Source: Eledone cirrhosa
Lineage: Eukaryota
Assembly: GCA_964016885.1 (NCBI GenBank)
Contig: OZ024740.1
Span: 337,962,001 to 338,026,000 of the forward strand
Length of the DNA: 64,000 nucleotides
Direction: 5' to 3'
Part shown: positions 13,410 to 25,051 of the stretch, piece after piece
Layout: every line of letters starts with the position of its first letter
How positions within the stretch are numbered: the first letter of the stretch is position 1
Notes under the pieces: model-generated
The model's input: the letters and a program-made list of their open reading frames with translations, nothing else
Database searches by the model: none
What the model was told of the DNA's origin: nothing
Translations under genes and position numbers: made by a program

Positions 13410-13847
13410 ACCTAAAGGTTGCATCAAAGCTGTAAAACCTCTCACTAAGGAATCAATAGTTTAGGGGTTTAACCTCACAGTCTTTATTCGTTTAACTCTT
13501 TTGTTACCGTGTTTCTAATAAAAGATACTGCCAATGATTTTTCAAATAATTTTGAAAATAATCAAGAAAGTTGAGGGATTTAGTAATATAAATGAGCTTC
13601 TCATTAATAAGCTGGTGTTTGGAGCATAATTTAAAGGTTCTTCAATAAATTATGATGGAAGGATTTTAGATAAATATGAACATGATAAAATAAACAGCTT
13701 AGTATTGTAAAACTAGAGGGCATTCCAGGTGATTTGGTATCAAAATATTAATAATGAAGCATTTGTAAAAACATTAATTTTTTCGTATTTCCTTACTGGT
13801 TTCAGGGCATAAACAACATAGATTTTGGGACTGGAACAAACATAGAC

Positions 13848-13880
<33 letters not shown>

Positions 13881-13886
13881 CATATA

Positions 13887-14262
13887 TATCATCATCATCA
13901 CCGTTTTACGTCCGTTCTTCCACGCTAGCATGGGTTAGACGGGTTGTCCTGTTGTGGGCAGTGTCTGGTCGGCTGACCATGCCTTGCTCATACAGGAACT
14001 GATCTGGCTTGATTTCTACAGCTGGATGCCCTTCCTAACACCAACCTCATTTACAGTGAGTGCTGGGTGCTTTTTCGTGGCGCCTACACGTCCACTTTAC
14101 AGTGTGGGCTGGGTGCTTTTTTGCCGTGGCACCTCCACAACCACCTTGCGGTGGGGGGAGTGGGGGCATATTGTTTATATGCTTCAGCATGTACCCATGG
14201 GAGGTCGGGTACCCTGTATTACTGCGTGACGCCAGAAGTCACGGTCGTGTGTCATTGTCTTT
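13887..14262 (-). mobile_element. RTE family A 3' fragment
   Basis: Reverse complement of 1665-2000; (TA)n on both sides. Confidence 0.85.
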
Positions 14263-14317
14263 GATATATACATATATATACATATATACATATATATACA
14301 TATATATATATACATAT

Positions 14318-14607
14318 TTCATTTTCATTTCATTTTACGTCCGCTTTTTCCCTGCTTGCAAGGGTGGGACGGGAACTGATTCTGGCTTGATTTCTACAGC
14401 TGGATGCCCTTCCTAACACCAACCTTATTTACAGTGAGTGCTGGGTGCTTTTTTGCCGTGGCACCTCCACGACCACTTTGCAGTGGAATGATATGGACCC
14501 CAGTCCCTATCATCTCATTTCTACAGCTGAGTAAACTGGAGCAATGTGAAATAAAGTGTCTTGCTCAAGGAAACAACACATCACCCGGTCTGAGAATTGA
14601 TCGGGTG
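14318..14607 (-). mobile_element. SINE with RTE family B tail
   Basis: Body shared with 20905-21200 and 52982-53290; tail ttttacgtccgc...cctgcttgcaagggtggga. Confidence 0.75.
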
Positions 14608-14635
14608 ATATATATATATATATATATAGCTGTGC

Positions 14636-15373
14636 AGATCATCATCATCATCATCAGGTTTAGCGTCCGTGTTCCACGCTTGCATGGGTTTGGACGGGGG
14701 TTTTCCCACTTGAGGCTAGAGTGGTTGTCTTGCTCGCATAGGACTGTCTGGCAGGTTTTCTACAGTTGGATGCCCTTCCTAACACCAACCACATTTACAG
14801 TGTGGGGCTGGGAGGTTTTTACCGTGTTGCCTACACGGCCACATTACAGCGTGGACTGTCTGGCGGGTTTTCTACAGCTGGATGCCCTTCCTAACACCAA
14901 CCACATTTACAGTGTGGGGCTGGGAGGTTTTTACCGTGTTGCCTACATGGCCACATTTACAGCGTGGACTGTGTGTTTTTTGTCGTGACACCTACACGAT
15001 CTCATTTGTTTCGGCCTGGATGTTGTGGGACCAACATAACTTTACATTGAAAGGGGCGGTGTGGGTGGAGTGGAGGTGGTGGGACGGGGGTGTGTTTTGA
15101 TAGAGATGCCTACTGACTGTAGTAGGTTTTTACTTTGTATTTAGGTAAGGCGGGTCTTCTCTATTACTGAGTACCGCCAAAGGTCTCGGTCCAGTGACAT
15201 TGTCTTGGAGAGGTGTAAGCGTGTGAGGTCGGAATTTATCAGCTCGTCCCATGTTTTTCTGGGTCTGCCTACTCCGTCGCTACCGTCTATCTTTATTGCC
15301 CTGCACTTTGTTATACAGCTGTCGTCTTTCATGCGCATCACGTGACCGTACCAACGTAGCCTTCTCTCGAGTA

Positions 15374-15380
<7 letters not shown>
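14636..15380 (-). mobile_element. 5'-truncated RTE family C fragment with internal tandem duplication in the 3'UTR
   Basis: MRMKDDSCITKCRAIKIDG...GRPRKTW...KTRLT*; 14741-14851 repeated at 14852-14970. Confidence 0.88.
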
Positions 15381-15411
<31 letters not shown>

Positions 15412-15415
<4 letters not shown>

Positions 15416-15840
15416 AGATTTGAATGGATACAGTTTAGTTGAAAGGAATTTATTGACACGTGTTTCTATAACAGTTACATAACCTAAAACAGCTATCTAC
15501 AAACTTTTAGTTATGCAGACATTCAATATTTCAATGTTATTATTTACTGTCATTTCATCAGAATAATATTACTGAGGACCTATTTAGTTTTTATAGAGAA
15601 TATTAGGAGGGAGGGGTGAAGTTGTTAGAAGAATAGTTGAAGGAGTGGTTTTTCGATAGCAGTGAGAATTCTTGGTGGCAGTGAGTAATTAGATTCCCAT
15701 CTGTTGTTTTGACATTTTTTATAGAATATATTATTGGTTATTTTTCTAAATCTATAGAAGGATTAGAGATAGTGAAGATATGCGTGGTTGGTTTTGTGTT
15801 TGCACTTAATTAACATTCAGACTTAAATTTTTCTTTCAAG
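15412..15840 (-). mobile_element. Degenerate Penelope-like 3' end with pLTR
   Basis: Decayed GIY-YIG-tail-like peptides (LEK..I.YS, NLITHCHQEFSLL) followed by a hammerhead. Confidence 0.55.
15450..15566 (-). ncRNA. Type I hammerhead ribozyme with long branched stem II
   Basis: UUAUU-CUGAUGA-A-AUGACAGU...ACUGUUAU-A-GAAAC-ACGU-GUC-AAUAA. Confidence 0.78.
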
Positions 15841-16116
15841 TGTACGTATCCTTTCACCCACGCATTCACACACAAATATATTTGCACACCTCTACAAAAT
15901 ACATATACACACAATTCACATATTCATACTTACATATATATACACATGCATACACATATATACACACATGTATTTATGTACATACATACGCGCTCATGTG
16001 TATACATTTTCATACTCAACTTATCTTTATATACACACGTATAGACACACACATATATACATACATACTCTAGTCCATGTGTACACACATACACATACAT
16101 ACCCATCCATATACAC

Positions 16117-16154
<38 letters not shown>

Positions 16155-16159
16155 ATATA

Positions 16160-16201
<42 letters not shown>

Positions 16202-16345
16202 TACACATACACACACATACACACATATACATATATATATATATATAAGCACTTTAATACATGAATACACTTACATCTAACTATACACATCAAACATATA
16301 TATATATTTACTTATTTATATACATTTTCACATATATATACATAC
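15840..16345. repeat. Compound (TA)n/(CA)n low-complexity tract
   Basis: Direct reading. Confidence 0.9.
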
Positions 16346-16346
16346 T

Positions 16347-16404
16347 TATGGACGTTTTTAGACACATTCATTATCGCATATTTGTACCTATTCTCATCAG
16401 CATA
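16347..16404 (-). ncRNA. Degenerate hammerhead in the 3'UTR of the Penelope-like ORF
   Basis: UAUG-CUGAUGA-GAA-UAGGUACA...UGUGUCUA-AAAAC-GUC-CAUA; G12 missing. Confidence 0.6.
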
Positions 16405-16516
16405 TCTTTCCATTATTAGTATGGTAATTTAAGGTTATTAATATATGTTGAGAAGAGATTGTTTTTATATTTTTCTAACTAGATTAAGGTTTATATAGTT
16501 GGGGGATGTCCCTCTT

Positions 16517-18592
16517 TTATGTAATATTCGGCTTGTAGTGGGAAAAAAGGGTTTTTCTGTGACGGCAGAATAATGTTCGTTCAATTCTGTTATTCAGCAG
16601 TTTCTTCTTGTGTGTGATTATGTAATAAATCTCAAGATTACACAATTTGCAGAAATTTTGGCTCCTGGAAAAGCTTTGGGTTTTAGCTAATTTTTCCCAT
16701 TTTAGGGTAAACTTTTGATCGCTATCCCTGAGCGTCCAAGCTTTTTCTGCTAAAGTTGTTACATTTCTTTGGCTCTGGTGTTTTATTGAGTAAGAATGCC
16801 TATACAATCGAGATTTAAACGTTGTTGCCGTTGATCCCACGTAATACCACTCATTGCCTCCGGATTTAATGGTACACTTATAAATAATATTTTTTTCCAG
16901 GCAGTTATTGCCGAGGGGGCAGTTGTCAGGATAGGTGCAGTTACAGTTGTGTACGTTGGGTTTTCTCTGGAGTAGTATTGCGGACGAACTTAGGTGTGGT
17001 TTATTTATGTTCTGTAGTGTATTGTCTACTGTTTTTTTTGTGTTCTTTGTACTTAAGTTCTTAGTGTTTTCGTTTAACCTTCTAGTATTGATCTTTTTTA
17101 TGTGTTGTTCAAGGTTTAACGCTGTAGAGTATGACAGTCTTATAGTGGTAGGGTTTAGGATTTTGTGGTATTTGTGTGATGTGGGAAAATGTCTTTTAAT
17201 TATTTTAAAGAAGAGTACTGGTAAATTTGTACTAATGGAGCTATTGTATTCGGGGTTATACCATAAGTACTCTTTGCATCGCTTTCTATTAGTTTTGTTT
17301 GTTGGTTTACTGGTGTGCATACTATGGTAGTAAGTGTGGTTTGGTGTTGTGTTATTATATCTACCTATGTGGGATTTATTTTGGGTGTTTTGATTGTTCC
17401 CATCTATGTACTCTATTTTGTTGAGGTAGCCTGCTTTACTAAGGGCGTTATCGTAGTACTCGGCGTGTTCCTTAAATACTTGTATGTTAGAAGATAGACC
17501 CGAGATTCTAAGGGAAATATTTTTAGGGATAGATTTAATTATAGAGAAGGGGTGGTTAGACCCAACGTTTACGTATTTGAGATTTTCATTCAATTTATGA
17601 AACGGTTTAATCAAACCAGAGTTTAAATTGAGTGTGACATCCAGGAAGTTAACTACTTTAAGGTTGTATTCATATGTTATAGTTAGTCCTATTTCGAGTA
17701 GTAGTTTTCTTATATCTTTGCGTAGTTTTTCTAGTTTTTGGTTATTAAGGTTTTTAGCTAGGAGGAGAACATCGTCGCGGTATATTCCGCCGTGGAGATT
17801 GCTGAATTTTTCCTGGAGTCTAAAGGCGATAAATAACCCCACAATATCAGTTATTTCCGCCGAATCGTTAGAGCCCATTGTTATGTCAAAGTTAGAGGGT
17901 CTATCTTTACGTACCCAATAACTGTTCTCAAATTTGACTATAGTTTTCCTAGCTTCTAATATAATCTTAATTTCATCGTTTGTAAGGTCAGAGTTATCCT
18001 TAGCAAACTTAATGGCTCTATTCAAAGTTTCAGGTGATATCGATGAGTAATATTCATCGATATCAAACTGGATAAACTTAGATTTATTCTTATTGCTAAT
18101 GCTATTAAACCATCTTATTGCTTCCTGGGTCTTCCCCCAGAGTTTAATGTTAGCCTTAGCCTTAATTTGGGGGATGATTCTATCTAAGATATATTTGCTT
18201 ATTTTACCTATATCTGATTTAGAGGGGCAGATTAATCTAATTTTAGGGTCATTATCAAAGTTTACCTTGTGGTCCTTAAGATTGAAGGTGGGTACCGCCG
18301 GTAAGAGTGGTCCTGTCCTATCTTCGATTCCGAGATTTTTCACTATTTCGCATGCCTCATCATTGATGTGCTTAAGGGTTACTTCACTCGTTTTTCTATA
18401 TTTTTTATGTAATTCTTTTCGAATGAAGTTGTTGTATGTAGTGCAATCCATAGTGTACAGGTTTGATGTTTTGTCCGCTTTTACTACAATTCCTTTGGTG
18501 TTTTTAAGGTCGTCCAGTAGTTTTTTTATATCTTTCTGTAATTTGCTGTTGGTGTTGCGTCCTTTGAATTTAATTTTAAGGATTAAGTTCAT
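16517..18592 (-). CDS. Penelope-like retroelement RT + GIY-YIG endonuclease (Naiad-like), 691 aa, uninterrupted
   Basis: KADKT, FIQFDIDEYYSSI, ITMGS, YRDD, NFLDVTL; CNC-x5-CPL linker; IIY...YVG...FKSRLYRH; frame continues upstream (FGFRT..PP..L..FEQDL) toward the (TA)n at ~18695. Confidence 0.93.
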   Translation of the reverse strand: MNLILKIKFKGRNTNSKLQKDIKKLLDDLKNTKGIVVKADKTSNLYTMDCTTYNNFIRKELHKKYRKTSEVTLKHINDEACEIVKNLGIEDRTGPLLPAVPTFNLKDHKVNFDNDPKIRLICPSKSDIGKISKYILDRIIPQIKAKANIKLWGKTQEAIRWFNSISNKNKSKFIQFDIDEYYSSISPETLNRAIKFAKDNSDLTNDEIKIILEARKTIVKFENSYWVRKDRPSNFDITMGSNDSAEITDIVGLFIAFRLQEKFSNLHGGIYRDDVLLLAKNLNNQKLEKLRKDIRKLLLEIGLTITYEYNLKVVNFLDVTLNLNSGLIKPFHKLNENLKYVNVGSNHPFSIIKSIPKNISLRISGLSSNIQVFKEHAEYYDNALSKAGYLNKIEYIDGNNQNTQNKSHIGRYNNTTPNHTYYHSMHTSKPTNKTNRKRCKEYLWYNPEYNSSISTNLPVLFFKIIKRHFPTSHKYHKILNPTTIRLSYSTALNLEQHIKKINTRRLNENTKNLSTKNTKKTVDNTLQNINKPHLSSSAILLQRKPNVHNCNCTYPDNCPLGNNCLEKNIIYKCTIKSGGNEWYYVGSTATTFKSRLYRHSYSIKHQSQRNVTTLAEKAWTLRDSDQKFTLKWEKLAKTQSFSRSQNFCKLCNLEIYYIITHKKKLLNNRIERTLFCRHRKTLFSHYKPNIT

Positions 18593-18719
18593 AAGGTCCT
18601 GCTCAAATGCATCTAATAGTGGGTTGGTGGGTGGGTTTTTACAAGTCCTAAAACCGAATTTGTTGTTTACACCACTTTACACCACTTTCTAATTTATATA
18701 TATATATATATATATATAA

Positions 18720-18965
18720 ATATTGGTCTACCTTTGGTTGTAGGGGGGTCCGTACCATAGATAGAACTATTGTAATCCAATAGTGAGTAATCCAGTGAAA
18801 TCCATAGAGAAGTTCTGTTTTCTGCTGAGTTAATTCCTTAGATATAGGGTCAGATATTAGGTATTAAATTAATAATGAAAATAAAAACAACAAAGTCAAA
18901 TTATTTTGCCTATTCATATCATTGTTTTACGATCGTTTCAATCAGGCTGTCTTCTTTGAAAACAA
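18720..18965 (-). mobile_element. Penelope-like pLTR fragment with decayed hammerhead
   Basis: GUUU...GAAAC-GAUC-GUA-AAAC at 18924-18963, same stem III as 3120; CUGANGA box mutated. Confidence 0.45.
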
Positions 18966-18981
18966 TATATATATATATATA

Positions 18982-19097
<116 letters not shown>

Positions 19098-19124
19098 TGT
19101 GAGTGTGTGTGTGTGTGTGCGTTT

Positions 19125-19510
19125 ATCATCATCATCATTTAACGTCTATCTTCCATGCTAGCATGGGTTTAGACGGGAATTGTCCCACTTGAGGCAAGAT
19201 TGGTTTTCTTGCTCGTGTAGAACTGTCTGGCAGATTATCTACGGCTGGATGCCCTTCCTAACACCAACCACGTTTACAGTGTGAACTAGGAGGTTTTTAC
19301 CGTGTTACCTACACGGCCACATTACAGCGTGGACTGTGTGTTTTTTTTTGTCGTGACACCTACACGACCTCATTTATTTAGGACTGGATGCTGTGGTACC
19401 AAAATAACTTTACATTGAAAGGGGTGGTGTAGATGGGAGTAGGGGTAGTGGGACGGCGGTGTATTTTGGTTAAGAGGTGCCTACTGACTGTAGGTTTCGC
19501 TTTGTACTTA
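19125..19510 (-). mobile_element. RTE family C 3'UTR fragment
   Basis: Reverse complement of 44325-44707. Confidence 0.82.
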
Positions 19511-19683
19511 TATATATCATGTGAATGGATTAAAAAGGGCTTTGAGGTGAGAGATAAGTGTGATAGACAATTGGGGCAGGATAAATGATATTAATAAGAC
19601 CATATATAGATTATACGAATATGTTACATATAAAGATATTGCTATATAGGAGAACCACCAAACACATCACAGAATGTAAAATA

Positions 19684-20010
19684 TGATGATGACAATGATG
19701 AAGATGGCAAAGACAACAAAGCTTTGTTGACAATGTTGATGAAGTTATTGCTGGTAATGATAATGATGATGACAACAAACAGAATGTTATTCATGATGTT
19801 CAGGATGTTGATGGTGCTTATGGCACAGAGGACAATGTTGCTACTGGTGATGTTGATGAAGATGCTCTTGCTACTGATGATGATGATAAGGAAAATGCTG
19901 TTGAGGATGATGATGATAATGAAGATAAAACATTGATAATGATGAAGAAGATGACAATGAGAGCAATGATGATGACAACAACTACAATTATGATGATTGC
20001 GAATGATGAT
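19684..20010. repeat. Degenerate (GAT)n low-complexity tract
   Basis: Direct reading. Confidence 0.85.
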
Positions 20011-20904
20011 TTACAACCAAATCTATTAGGAATATCATATTGTAATTTTTGTGTTATTAAAAAATATATAGACACATATAAACATAATTTTCTTTGAGAA
20101 TTAAACTTGATTTTTATTTAACATCTCCCAATATTTTGATACACAAATTTCATAGATCAGAAATTCAATTGGATTGTAATTTGGCAGCAAATTGACAGAA
20201 CAATTTGAACATGGGGGGAAATGCTTTGTGGTACTTGTTCCAGCACTCTGAGTTCAAATCCTACTTAGATCAACTTTTCCTTTCACCTTATTAGGCCCCC
20301 CCCCCCCAAAAAAAAAGAAAAAATACCAGTTTAACATGGTGGACTGTGAGTATTCTTAGATCGTTAGACAAAATACGTTGTAGTTTTTGTTGCAGTTCTT
20401 TATGTTTTAAGTTCAAATCCAACTGTGGACTACTTGGGTGGTAGGATTAATCTGTTGTCTGGTTTAACACCACTGTCTGTCCCATAGATATGTTTAGCAG
20501 AGCCTACTCTGCAACAAGCATTCATGCAAGGTCTTTATTTTGAAGTGACCTTCCTGTCTTCCAAACTGAGAACCCTTCTGATCATGGGCACTGTCCTCTT
20601 TCTAACTAAATCATGAACAAAAAGACCAAGTTAGCTCCTTTAGTTTACAATGTTAGTTACTTTTGCATTGTACTTAATATTTTAAAAGAGAAAATATTTC
20701 AGTCACTCAAAGACCATATATGTGACATGTATTTTGGGTGACTATAAGTTGACTAAAATCTACTTAAAGTAAAATATATGTTAGGTTTATAGCTCCTAAT
20801 GTTCATCATATAATTAACCCAGGGTATAATAGCATAGTCAATACAAATGTTGGTTAAGAGCTAGGTGCACTAGCCTACATGCTGGTCATCTCTGGGTTGT
20901 GTAT

Positions 20905-21200
20905 TCATCATCATCATCACCGTTTTACGTCTAGCATGGGTTAGACGGGTTGTCCTGTTGTGGGCAGTGTCCGGTTGGCTGACCTTGTCTTGCTCATACG
21001 GGAACTGATTCTGGCTTGCTTTCTACAGCTGGATACCCTTCCTAACACCAACCTCATTTACAGTGAGTGCTGGGTGCTTTTTTTGCATGGTGCCTACACT
21101 TTACAGTGGAATGATAGGGACCCCAGTCCTATCATCTCATTACAGCTGAGTAACCTGGAGCAATGTGAAATAAAGTGTTTTGCTCAAGGAAACAACACAT
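20905..21200 (-). mobile_element. SINE with RTE family A tail
   Basis: Body shared with 14318-14607; tail matches 1-108. Confidence 0.75.
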
Positions 21201-22244
21201 ACTTGTTTAAGCAAGAGTAAATACAAGTAACTTATAAATATGTGGATATACTGGTTTGGGCAATAGAAGGAAAGCAATTTACTCCTATGGTTTAAAGAGT
21301 TTGAAATTCCGAGAACATTACTGAATATAACTGTCATCTGAAGAAAGCCAGAGTGTGCAACAACAAAAAGAAGCATGAACTAGGTGTATCCCGTGTTTTA
21401 GAATAGGTACACAGTATCTCTACATGTTGTAAGAGGCAAATAAAAGGGCTGGGGAGCAGAAGCCCATTTGAAGATAAAACACTGCCTCAAAGGGCCTGTT
21501 TAATCCATGCCAGCATGGAAAATTGGATATAAAATGATGATGATGATGATTTTCATTGCAGTAAATTTTGTCAGGGACCATAATAAATCATACAACTTTT
21601 TTTTTGTGTGATTACATCAAACCAAGAATATTCTTAGAACTGTATTTCTATTAGAGTAAGGAATATATATATCTTCTGAAGAATATTGTCTTCTAATGCA
21701 AAAGAAAATATAAATACTAAAAAAAACAGAGACACCACCTCCTCCCCATATAAAAAAAATATTCAAAATCTTCCAATTAATGAGCAAATAAGATTCTTGC
21801 AAACAGAAATTGGATTCTGTTTCAGGAGACAAATCTTGTGGTGTAATGCTTGTTTTCATTATATGAATACAGTAATAATCAGTTAGGGGTTTTAGTAGAG
21901 TTGTATGTCATGATTACTACTGTTGAAATCCTTTCTGGAGAGATATCAGGTGATTGATTTATACTGACAGGGATTTTAAAAAAATGCCCTTGAATACGTT
22001 TTGTGATCGCGCTATGCTTTAGGTGATAGCAATAAAATACTGATTTACAGCTCAGTTTTTTGTAAATTTTGTCACTTCCAATATCAGGTGGAAATCCATT
22101 TTTCTGAAGTGTATGCAGTTATGTATGTTTTTATTGAATGAGTGAGGGAGTATAGACTTGTATTAGTGTAATATACCAGTTTTGCTTTGTCATGGGGCTT
22201 TGTTTGCTGATGACTTGGTAATAGTAATAACAGTAATGGTTTCT

Positions 22245-22385
22245 GATTTAGGCACAAGTCGATTAAATCGACCCCAGTGCAAGACTTGTACTTTATTTTA
22301 TCAACCCTGTAAGGATGAAATGCAAAGCTAACCTCAGCAGGATTTGAACTCAGAATGTAAAGAGATGTAACTATATACTGCAAAG
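22245..22385 (-). mobile_element. tRNA-derived SINE
   Basis: ccccagtgc...tactttattttatcaaccc...aggatgaaa...gatttgaactcag. Confidence 0.75.
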
Positions 22386-22504
22386 CAATCCAACAATAAC
22401 AATTACAACTTTCTACATCCTGAGTTCAAATTTAAGGTTCATGCTGAGGTCATCTTTGCCTTTCATCCTTGCAGGGTTGATGAAATAAAGTACCAGCTAA
22501 GTAC

Positions 22505-22730
22505 TTCTTATCGTGTCCACAAGAGTGTCAGCTACAAAGCTTAACTAGATGTGGTGCCGTCACAGCTGCCCTTTCTCATTAAACTCTGCCAAGTCCAATG
22601 CTGTAAATGGGTGTATCAGGAGGTGCTGCATAGTCTGTGTTTCGATGCCGCAGTCTCACACAACGTCCCCCATCCTTTGAATATCCCCATTTTACAAGAT
22701 TGACTTTTGCACGACCAACACCAGATCTTA
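22505..22730 (-). mobile_element. Short 5'-truncated non-LTR element (Vingi/Ingi-like C-terminus) inserted in a SINE
   Basis: LRSGVGRAKVNLVKWGY...DCG..QTMQHLL; 10-bp TSD agctaagtac at 22495-22504 and 22731-22740. Confidence 0.75.
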
Positions 22731-22929
22731 AGCTAAGTACAGGGATTGATATAAGTGACTTTCTCCTTCCCTCAAATTGTCAATGTTAGAAAGAATTATT
22801 ATTATCATCTTCCTCATCTACAACATCATCATCATCATTGCTACCTTAATGTCATCTTAATCATTGTTGTAATTGTTATAGTTGAAACTACCATGTCAAT
22901 TAATGCCTAACCGTTATCACCACAGGGAA

Positions 22930-23520
22930 GTCTCTATGTATTAGCAACTCTGCTAGAAATAGCAGTCAAATCACTCAAATCACATGCTATCATCTTTAAA
23001 ATGTGGTCCTTGATACACAAAAATTCAGGATTTTCATGGCTGGAATACCATCTATCAGGTTTTCTCAATCAGGGCTTACCTGGGATTAAACAACAGCATA
23101 TACACTGACTAAGGAAAGCCTTTATGCTGCTAGAAATAGCAACTAAATCGCTTGCAGATCTCATCCCTACCCTCATAAAAATGGAAGATCATTGGATAAT
23201 ATAGTGTTAAATATACTAAAAGACAAGATATCCAAACCTGGATATTTTTGATCAAAGATCTACTCAATCAGGGCTGACATGAGGATAAATAATAACTGCA
23301 CCTCTGCACATATCATCATCACCAGCATCACCACCACCATGACACATAACACAACCATCACTACCATCTTTAACCTTGAGCCAACAAGAGATTCTCTATG
23401 TAGTCACTCAACATGCTTAAAATAGTACTCAAATTCCACTCAAACCATACTCATCTTAAATAAGGAAATGACCTGATGGATAATATATTCTAGCATACCC
23501 ATAAAAAGTGTATGGATATG
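22930..23520 (+). repeat. Tandem degenerate copies of a SINE-like repeat
   Basis: tgctagaaatagcag.caaatc...tcaatcagggct repeated about three times; motif also at 10515, 26698, 35122. Confidence 0.6.
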
Positions 23521-23549
23521 TGAAATATTTAATGTGCGTATATATAACA

Positions 23550-23943
23550 TGTGGTGCGGTAAATAAATATATACACATACACCAGGTTGGAATGCAAAGG
23601 AACCAAATTTCCACTGTTACTGCCGCCATCTCTCCCATTTACCCTATCTTTCACTATAATGAGCAAATAGGGACCCATGCACTGGCGGGCAGAATAGAGA
23701 AGAGATTTTGCCAATGGATGGTGAGGAAGATGCACCCGAAGAGCCATTCCAGCTTGTGAGGCTTACACCTCTGGGTAGCCAACTCTGTGCTGATAGTGGT
23801 CAGTAGGGAGGTGGCTGGCCCTAGGGCCAAGGACACTAGAAGTCTCCACTGCTACGAGTTCAACTGCAAACCTGTCAGAGAGTCACTGATATTTGGAGAG
23901 TTTACACACCTAGGTTAGTCATAGACTACACCAGGTTGCCACA
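23550..23943. mobile_element. Possible solo LTR
   Basis: TGTGG...CCACA termini, GC-richer than flanks; no TSD seen. Confidence 0.4.
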
Positions 23944-24600
23944 GGAAAATATGTTGCTGCATGTAGGATGGTCTCAGTTGGAATGTCTTTGATTCTATGT
24001 CTGCTGAATAAGGGCTGATTTGGAGTTAAGCAAACAAATAGCTTTGTATCTTAGAACCAGGGCAGTTTCAGGCAGTTTGGTTTCAGAATTCTCTCAGAAT
24101 CCTGTCAAATATCTGTAACATGAAGCTTTATGGGGCAAAAACAGAATAAACAAATTTCTGGTATTCATAAATATTTACAAATCCTTAACTATTTCAGCAA
24201 AAAAAAAGCAAGGAGATATTGCATTTGTTTTTCAATTTTAAACTTTGAGTGTGAAGACATACCAAAATATTACTTCATCAGATAATTTTATTAGATTTTA
24301 ACAGGAGGTGATTGTTTTGTGAAGATTATTCAACAATTCAATATTCCATATTGAGAAGGAATTCATTGAGTATTATTTAAAAACCTGGTTGGCATGTGGT
24401 GATAGTAAAAATAACATATGTTATTAGGCACAGGTATCAATGTGGGTTTTAAAAAATTGCTTTGCAACCACGTGATTCTGGAGCCTATCCCACTGTTAGT
24501 ACTTTTGGTAAGAAGTGCCTTGGGTTAACCAATGCTATATGAGGGAAGTCAGCTAGCTCTCTATCCATCCCCCACTTATCTCCCCTCTCTATCTATAAGC

Positions 24601-24633
<33 letters not shown>

Positions 24634-24840
24634 TTCATTTTACGTCTGCTTTTCCCTGCTTGATCGAAATAATAAATATAAAAATGAGAATAGAAATGTT
24701 AAAAACAAGATATGGTTAATTCAGAAAGGTGAAGTGGACTATATATATATATATATATATATTTGTGGTAAAGCTGCTTGGATGCGTCCACAGGAGGTAT
24801 GCCAGTTGAGCACTCTATGCTCCTTTGGAGCAGAGTATAA

Positions 24841-25051
24841 TAATATGGAAAACCAAGAATCAGTGATGCATCGAAACACAATTTATTAATGTATTACAAT
24901 TATTTCTCCAGCGAAGTCACCAGATGTATCTGAGGAACTTGTGAATCCAGAGTCAGGTTCAATCCACCTCAAGCTGTTTGCCAGAGAAACAATTGTAATA
25001 CGTTAATAAATTGTGTTTCGATGCATCACTGATTCTTCGTTTTCCATATTA
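24841..25051. repeat. Foldback inverted repeat, ~68-bp arms, ~75-bp spacer
   Basis: 24841-24908 pairs with 24984-25051, three mismatches; within a (TA)n-bounded unit. Confidence 0.9.

Noticed and set aside
15500-15556. SECIS inside the hammerhead stem II (AUGA...AAA...GA)
   Set aside because: Spacing and helix do not fit a SECIS
15840-16293. YIYI/HTHT/VCVC ORFs here and elsewhere
   Set aside because: Microsatellite translations
16935-18692. Plus-strand ORFs opposite the Penelope ORF, and antisense ORFs over LINEs
   Set aside because: Shadow frames of the real coding strand
19724-20075. Met-rich or acidic ORFs
   Set aside because: Degenerate (GAT)n with stops and no splice support
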